Below, in pieces: positions 47,934 to 52,138 of a stretch of DNA of 52,138 nt. The position numbers and the translations under genes were made by a program. The stretch comes from Pseudomonadota bacterium (GTDB lineage: Bacteria; Pseudomonadota; Gammaproteobacteria; GCA-001735895). The notes below the pieces were generated by a model. That model saw only the letters and a program-made list of their open reading frames with translations. It did not search any database and had not been told where the DNA came from. The stretch is taken from the NCBI GenBank assembly GCA_022566015.1, contig JADFJT010000003.1, positions 1 through 52,138 on the forward strand, written 5' to 3'. Numbering within the stretch: position 1 is the first letter of the stretch; every line of letters begins with the position of its first letter.

Positions 47934-49487
47934 ATGCGTTCAGCTTACCTGGTACTTGCGATTCTGGGTATTGTAGTGCTGCTTCCTATGGCAGGACTTT
48001 TGAACCTAAGTCAGTTGCCGGGTTTTGAACCACAGGACCTACAGTTCTGGCACAGTGCCTATATACGCAGGGTCGTAGTCTTCAGTTTCTGGCAGGCATT
48101 ATTGTCGTCGCTGTTGAGCGTTATCCCGGCGGTATTGGTCGCTCGGGCATTTGCCCACACTGGTGATTTCCCGTTTCGTTCGCTGTTATTGCGACTATTC
48201 GGAATACCACTAGTCGTACCCTCGGTGGTCGCGGTACTGGGCATCGTATCGGTTTACGGGAGTGGCGGATGGATTCCGCTTGGGCGTTCGCTCTACGGTA
48301 TAAATGGCATATTGCTGGCGCACGTATTTTTTAATCTGCCACTGGCGGTAAGACTATTGTTGCCGGTTTGGCAAGGGATTCCCCGGCATCACTGGCAACT
48401 GGGCGAGCAATTGGGTTTTAGCAAATGGCATCGCTGGCGATACCTGGAGTGGCCGGCATTAAGAGAGGGCTTGCCGGGTGTTTTACTGCTCGTATTCATG
48501 CTCTGTCTGACCAGTTTTGCGGTCGTGCTGACACTCGGGGGCGGGCCGAAAAGCACCACGCTGGAAGTCGCTATATACCAGTCATTACGATATGACTTTG
48601 ATCCGGCGCAGGCAGTGATACTCGCGCTATTACAATTGTCTTTATGCGTACTGGTAGCGGTAGCTATGTTCAGGTTCCAGAAATTGCCAGAAGTGGAAAT
48701 ATCGATTTCTTCGCAAGCCATCGAATCGCAAAATTACCGAAGCCTGTTGAATTGGGCGGTTATAGTATTTGCGGGCATCTTTGTCGGTTTGCCACTGGCA
48801 TCCCTGCTGATAGACGGGTTGTTAGGGCCGCTTGGTCGGGTAGTGAGCAATATTAATATATGGCGTGCGGCCGGGAATACTTTAATGTTGGGATTAGCTG
48901 CAGCGCTGTTATCGAATATTGCTGGCTGGTTTTTGCTGCGTGGCAGTAGCGAACTTGCAAACCAAGGTCACCTCAAACAGGCGAAACTGATTGAGCTTTG
49001 CGGTTCTGTTATCTACGTCGTGCCACCGCTCGTGATTGGCACCGGCATTTTTGTGCTGTTTTCAGACTATGTCGATATTTTCGAGTGGGTTTACCCGGTG
49101 GTGATCCTGGTCAATGCAATGATGGGGTTACCGTTCGTGATTCGTACCCTGGGTCCTTCAATGCGTCAAAACAGGATGCGATACGAGTATTTGTGTCACA
49201 GCCTCGCGCTCGACGGATGGAATCGGTTTCGCATCATCGACTGGCCATTACTGCGTCGCCCTCTAGGCTTGTCTGCAGCGTTGGTGGCTGCGTTGGCCAT
49301 GGGAGATCTGGGCGTCATTGCTCTGTTCGGTACGCCAAAAACCGCGACCATGCCATTGGTGATTTACCAGCAGCTGGGCGCCTACCTGATACCGCAGGCC
49401 ACGGTAACTGCATTGCTACTGCTGGGCCTGTGCCTGATGGTATTCTGGGCGCTGGAACGCTGCATCGGTGGAAATCAAAATGCTTGA
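47934..49487 (+). CDS. thiP: Thiamine ABC transporter permease
   Basis: FSFWQA.LS, AHVFFNLPLA, LGGGPKSTTLEVAIYQ, GDLGVIALFG. Confidence 0.93.
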   Translation: MRSAYLVLAILGIVVLLPMAGLLNLSQLPGFEPQDLQFWHSAYIRRVVVFSFWQALLSSLLSVIPAVLVARAFAHTGDFPFRSLLLRLFGIPLVVPSVVAVLGIVSVYGSGGWIPLGRSLYGINGILLAHVFFNLPLAVRLLLPVWQGIPRHHWQLGEQLGFSKWHRWRYLEWPALREGLPGVLLLVFMLCLTSFAVVLTLGGGPKSTTLEVAIYQSLRYDFDPAQAVILALLQLSLCVLVAVAMFRFQKLPEVEISISSQAIESQNYRSLLNWAVIVFAGIFVGLPLASLLIDGLLGPLGRVVSNINIWRAAGNTLMLGLAAALLSNIAGWFLLRGSSELANQGHLKQAKLIELCGSVIYVVPPLVIGTGIFVLFSDYVDIFEWVYPVVILVNAMMGLPFVIRTLGPSMRQNRMRYEYLCHSLALDGWNRFRIIDWPLLRRPLGLSAALVAALAMGDLGVIALFGTPKTATMPLVIYQQLGAYLIPQATVTALLLLGLCLMVFWALERCIGGNQNA

Positions 49488-50190
49488 AATCGAACAACTT
49501 TGCTATCGGTTTGCAGGCGATCACTCGGAAAACATGAAATTTGATTTGTCGGTAGGCGCCGGCGAAGTGCTTAGCCTGATCGGCCCCAGTGGTTCCGGAA
49601 AATCAACCCTGCTCAGTCTGATCGCCGGATTTTTAAAACCCGAGCGTGGACATATCCGTGTGCATGGACAGGCTATCGAACACATACCGGCGTCACAGCG
49701 GCCAGTAACGATCGTTTTCCAGCAACACAATTTATTTCCTCATCTCGATCTTTTTACCAATGTCGCTCTAGGTATCAATCCTTCGCTCAAACTTTCCCAG
49801 CAACAGGATCAGGTGATTATTGATGCGCTCGATTCGCTTGGCCTGACCGGATTAGAAAATCGCAAACCAGGTGAATTATCGGGGGGCCAGCGACAGCGCG
49901 TTGCGCTCGCCCGCGCACTGGTGCGAGACCGCAGCATTTTGCTGCTAGACGAAGCATTTGCAGCGCTTGGTCCGGCACTGCGAGCGGAATTGATTACGTT
50001 GGTGAAAGCACTGGTAGAGCGAAAACAAATGGCGGCACTACTGGTCAGTCATCAGCCTCGCGATGCGCTGATCGCGTCGGATCGCACTGCGTTTATTCAC
50101 GATGGCCGCGTTATCGCGGTACAACCAACGCGCCAGTTACTAGAAAATCCGGATCTTGTGGAAGTGCGCACTTACCTGGGGTCGATGTGA
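49480..50190 (+). CDS. thiQ: Thiamine ABC transporter ATP-binding protein
   Basis: GPSGSGKST, LSGGQRQR, LLLDEAF.ALGPALR; start ATG 49480. Confidence 0.93.
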   Translation: MLEIEQLCYRFAGDHSENMKFDLSVGAGEVLSLIGPSGSGKSTLLSLIAGFLKPERGHIRVHGQAIEHIPASQRPVTIVFQQHNLFPHLDLFTNVALGINPSLKLSQQQDQVIIDALDSLGLTGLENRKPGELSGGQRQRVALARALVRDRSILLLDEAFAALGPALRAELITLVKALVERKQMAALLVSHQPRDALIASDRTAFIHDGRVIAVQPTRQLLENPDLVEVRTYLGSM

Positions 50191-50270
50191 GTTATATGGC
50201 TGCACGGGAATCTGCCTTCATTAAGTCATCGATGTGGAGACCTCAAAGTCTGGCCCAATGACCTGGCCAT

Positions 50271-50302
50271 AAAAAATGCCCTGGTCAGTCATCGACCAGG
50301 GC
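50271..50302 (-). terminator. Rho-independent terminator of the CsrB-like sRNA
   Basis: Minus strand GCCCTGGTC-GATGACT-GACCAGGGC-ATTTTTT. Confidence 0.85.
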
Positions 50303-50534
50303 TAAGGGGTATTACTGAAGGAGAGATTAAACATTCCCTGTACTGCATCCTTGCCCTGCCATCCTCGATAATGCCTCCCTGCACAATCGTCCTTGAAAAT
50401 TGCTTCCTGTTCCACCATCCCTGATTAAGCGTCTCCGCTTCATCGCCCTTGAATGTGCCTCCGTTCAACCGTCCCTGAATGTGCGTCCCTGCACGTCTGT
50501 TGCTGTCCTTAGCTTGGCGACTCATCCTTGAGAC
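50271..50534 (-). ncRNA. CsrB/RsmY/RsmZ-type CsrA-sequestering sRNA (~260 nt)
   Basis: 14 GGA motifs in ~200 nt on the minus strand, many in short hairpin loops (CTCA-AGGA-TGAG, GTGC-AGGGAC-GCAC, GCT-AAGGAC-AGC), plus own terminator, -10-like CATACT at 50540-50545 and an upstream GacA-like box. Confidence 0.8.
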
Positions 50535-50614
50535 GTGCTAGTATGGTGTCACGCCCCATTGGATATTTATATCGGGAATAAGCTGAAACTATGTCAGTTA
50601 TTTAAGCGCATACA

Positions 50615-50632
50615 TGTAGGAGATATCCTACT
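50615..50632. promoter_or_regulatory. GacA/UvrY-type upstream activating palindrome
   Basis: TGTAGG-AGATAT-CCTACT, close to the TGTAAG-N6-CTTACA GacA box, about 80-100 bp upstream of the sRNA start. Confidence 0.65.
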
Positions 50633-50668
50633 TTCTGTAGATAAACCGGAATCAGTAGTGGTTCAATA

Positions 50669-51613
50669 ATGATATTTCCTGCCATACAACCGGAAGAAAC
50701 CTGGCGGTTTTCTGTTTCGGATTTACATACTCTTTATCTCGAGGAGAGTGGAAGTCCAGATGGAGTACCTGTGATATTCCTGCACGGGGGGCCGGGTGGT
50801 AGCTGTGAACCAGGGCATCGTCGGTTTTTCGATCCGGAGAAATATCGCATCATATTGTTTGATCAACGCGGCTGCGGTAAATCGAAGCCGCACGCCAGCC
50901 TGGAACAAAATACCACCTGGGACCTGGTCGCGGATCTCGAGAAAATCCGTGAGTTTCTAAAAATCGAGAAATGGGTGGTATTTGGCGGTTCCTGGGGCTC
51001 GACGCTGGCCCTCGCCTATGCGCAAAAGCACTCTGAAAATGTGCTGGGCCTAATATTGCGTGGAATTTTTCTCACCCGTGACGAGGATATTCGATGGTTT
51101 TACCAGGAGGGTGCATCCCGAATTTTCCCCGAAGCATGGAAACATTTTCTCGAGCCTATACCGAAAGACGAGCAAGTCGATATGATAAGTGCTTATCACA
51201 AGCGACTAACCAGCGAAAATGAAATTGTTCGAATGGGGGCTGCCAAAGCATGGTCAATTTGGGAAGGCACGACTGCAACGCTATTACCCGACCAAAGCGT
51301 CGTTGACTATTTTAGCAATCCACACATAGCGCTCAGTATCGCGCGTATAGAATGTCATTATTTTATTAATCAAAGCTTTTTTAGCCCCAACCAGTTACTC
51401 GATGCTGCCTCCAAACTAAATCATATTCCAGGTTTCATCGTGCATGGCCGCTACGATATGATTTGCCCGATCGACCAGGCATTGGCTCTCAGTCGGCAGT
51501 GGAGTACTTCCCAGCTAAAAATTATCAACAATGCTGGGCACGCGATTTCTGAGCCGGGTATCAGCAACGCGCTGGTCGATTGTTGCAATCAAATGCTTGA
51601 AATTCTGTCTTGA
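50669..51613 (+). CDS. pip: Proline iminopeptidase
   Basis: FLHGGPG, FDQRGCGKS, FGGSWGSTL, LRGIF, ARIECHY, HGRYD..CP, AGH. Confidence 0.95.
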   Translation: MIFPAIQPEETWRFSVSDLHTLYLEESGSPDGVPVIFLHGGPGGSCEPGHRRFFDPEKYRIILFDQRGCGKSKPHASLEQNTTWDLVADLEKIREFLKIEKWVVFGGSWGSTLALAYAQKHSENVLGLILRGIFLTRDEDIRWFYQEGASRIFPEAWKHFLEPIPKDEQVDMISAYHKRLTSENEIVRMGAAKAWSIWEGTTATLLPDQSVVDYFSNPHIALSIARIECHYFINQSFFSPNQLLDAASKLNHIPGFIVHGRYDMICPIDQALALSRQWSTSQLKIINNAGHAISEPGISNALVDCCNQMLEILS

Positions 51614-52044
51614 TCACCTTATTGCAGCGCGTCAGCGCGGCGAGCGTATATGTTGCGGGCCAATGTATTGCAAGTATCAATACAGGCATACTGGTATTAG
51701 TCGGCGTAGAGGCCATTGACACGGAGGAAATTGCACGAAAATTTGTTTCACGATTGCTCAACTATCGAGTATTTTCCGATTCGGAAGGTAAAATGAACCT
51801 GTCTTTACTCGACGTTCAGGGTAGCCTGTTGCTGGTTCCGCAATTCACCCTGGCTGCCAACACACGCAAAGGGCGCAGGCCCAGTTTTGCTTCGGCAGCG
51901 CCACCGGCACAGGCTGAATTAATTTATCAAACCATGATCGACGCGGCGAGAAACAGTTACCCGAAAGTTAAATCGGGCCAGTTCGGAGCTGATATGCAGG
52001 TAAAATTGGTTAATGATGGGCCGGTAAGCTTTATTCTAGATTGA
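51610..52044 (+). CDS. dtd: D-aminoacyl-tRNA deacylase
   Basis: LLQRV, GKMNLS, PQFTLAA...KGRRPSF, FGADMQV.LVNDGPV. Confidence 0.95.
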   Translation: MITLLQRVSAASVYVAGQCIASINTGILVLVGVEAIDTEEIARKFVSRLLNYRVFSDSEGKMNLSLLDVQGSLLLVPQFTLAANTRKGRRPSFASAAPPAQAELIYQTMIDAARNSYPKVKSGQFGADMQVKLVNDGPVSFILD

Positions 52045-52138
52045 TTTTCAAAGCAATATCTCTGTTCAGGCGTCTGGCTCAAGTAAAACTTGGTGTAAAT
52101 CATCTAAAAGGTCGAATTCAAACCTGATGTCGACTATC

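Noticed and set aside
50289-50525. 78-aa minus-strand ORF, and the possibility that the TCC/CCT-rich repeats form a CRISPR array
   Set aside because: No constant repeat/spacer period and no cas genes; the GGA-loop hairpins, terminator and GacA-like box fit a CsrB-type sRNA, and the ORF lacks room for a proper leader.
1-52138. tRNA/rRNA genes, prophage, integrase or anti-phage defence genes
   Set aside because: None recognised; all long ORFs are accounted for by metabolic, transport, regulatory or core functions.

Overview
52-kb chromosomal window from a bacterium of roughly 50% GC, most likely a marine-type gammaproteobacterium (inferred from the hemF-tsaC-topA-smg-dprA-lysM | def-fmt-rsmB-ntrY/ntrX-like-trkAH core block, a CsrB-type sRNA and a CRP-type site). 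The left ~29 kb is accessory metabolism: a truncated SARP/BTAD regulator, an FAD oxidoreductase pair, a eukaryote-type phosphoethanolamine N-methyltransferase divergent from a 2-aminoethylphosphonate (AEP)-family ABC transporter, a DUF1127 gene with a structured 3' RNA, and a LysR-linked operon (non-pyrrolysine MttB methyltransferase, GcvT-family demethylating dehydrogenase, URO-D/MtaA-like protein, PhnZ/TmpB-like HD oxygenase, HAD phosphatase). The right ~23 kb is mostly core genes plus a decayed DUF4390 gene, a RAYT (HUH Y1) transposase inside perfect 29-bp inverted repeats with a 56-bp copy of its own coding sequence just outside the right repeat, a TPP riboswitch-thiBPQ operon, an unannotated CsrB/Rsm-type sRNA with a GacA-like box, pip and dtd. 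The best candidates for something new are (i) a methylated amino-phosph(on)ate methylation/demethylation and P-release system and (ii) the RAYT element with its self-derived flanking fragment. All functional calls rest on motif recognition by eye; no database search was run.
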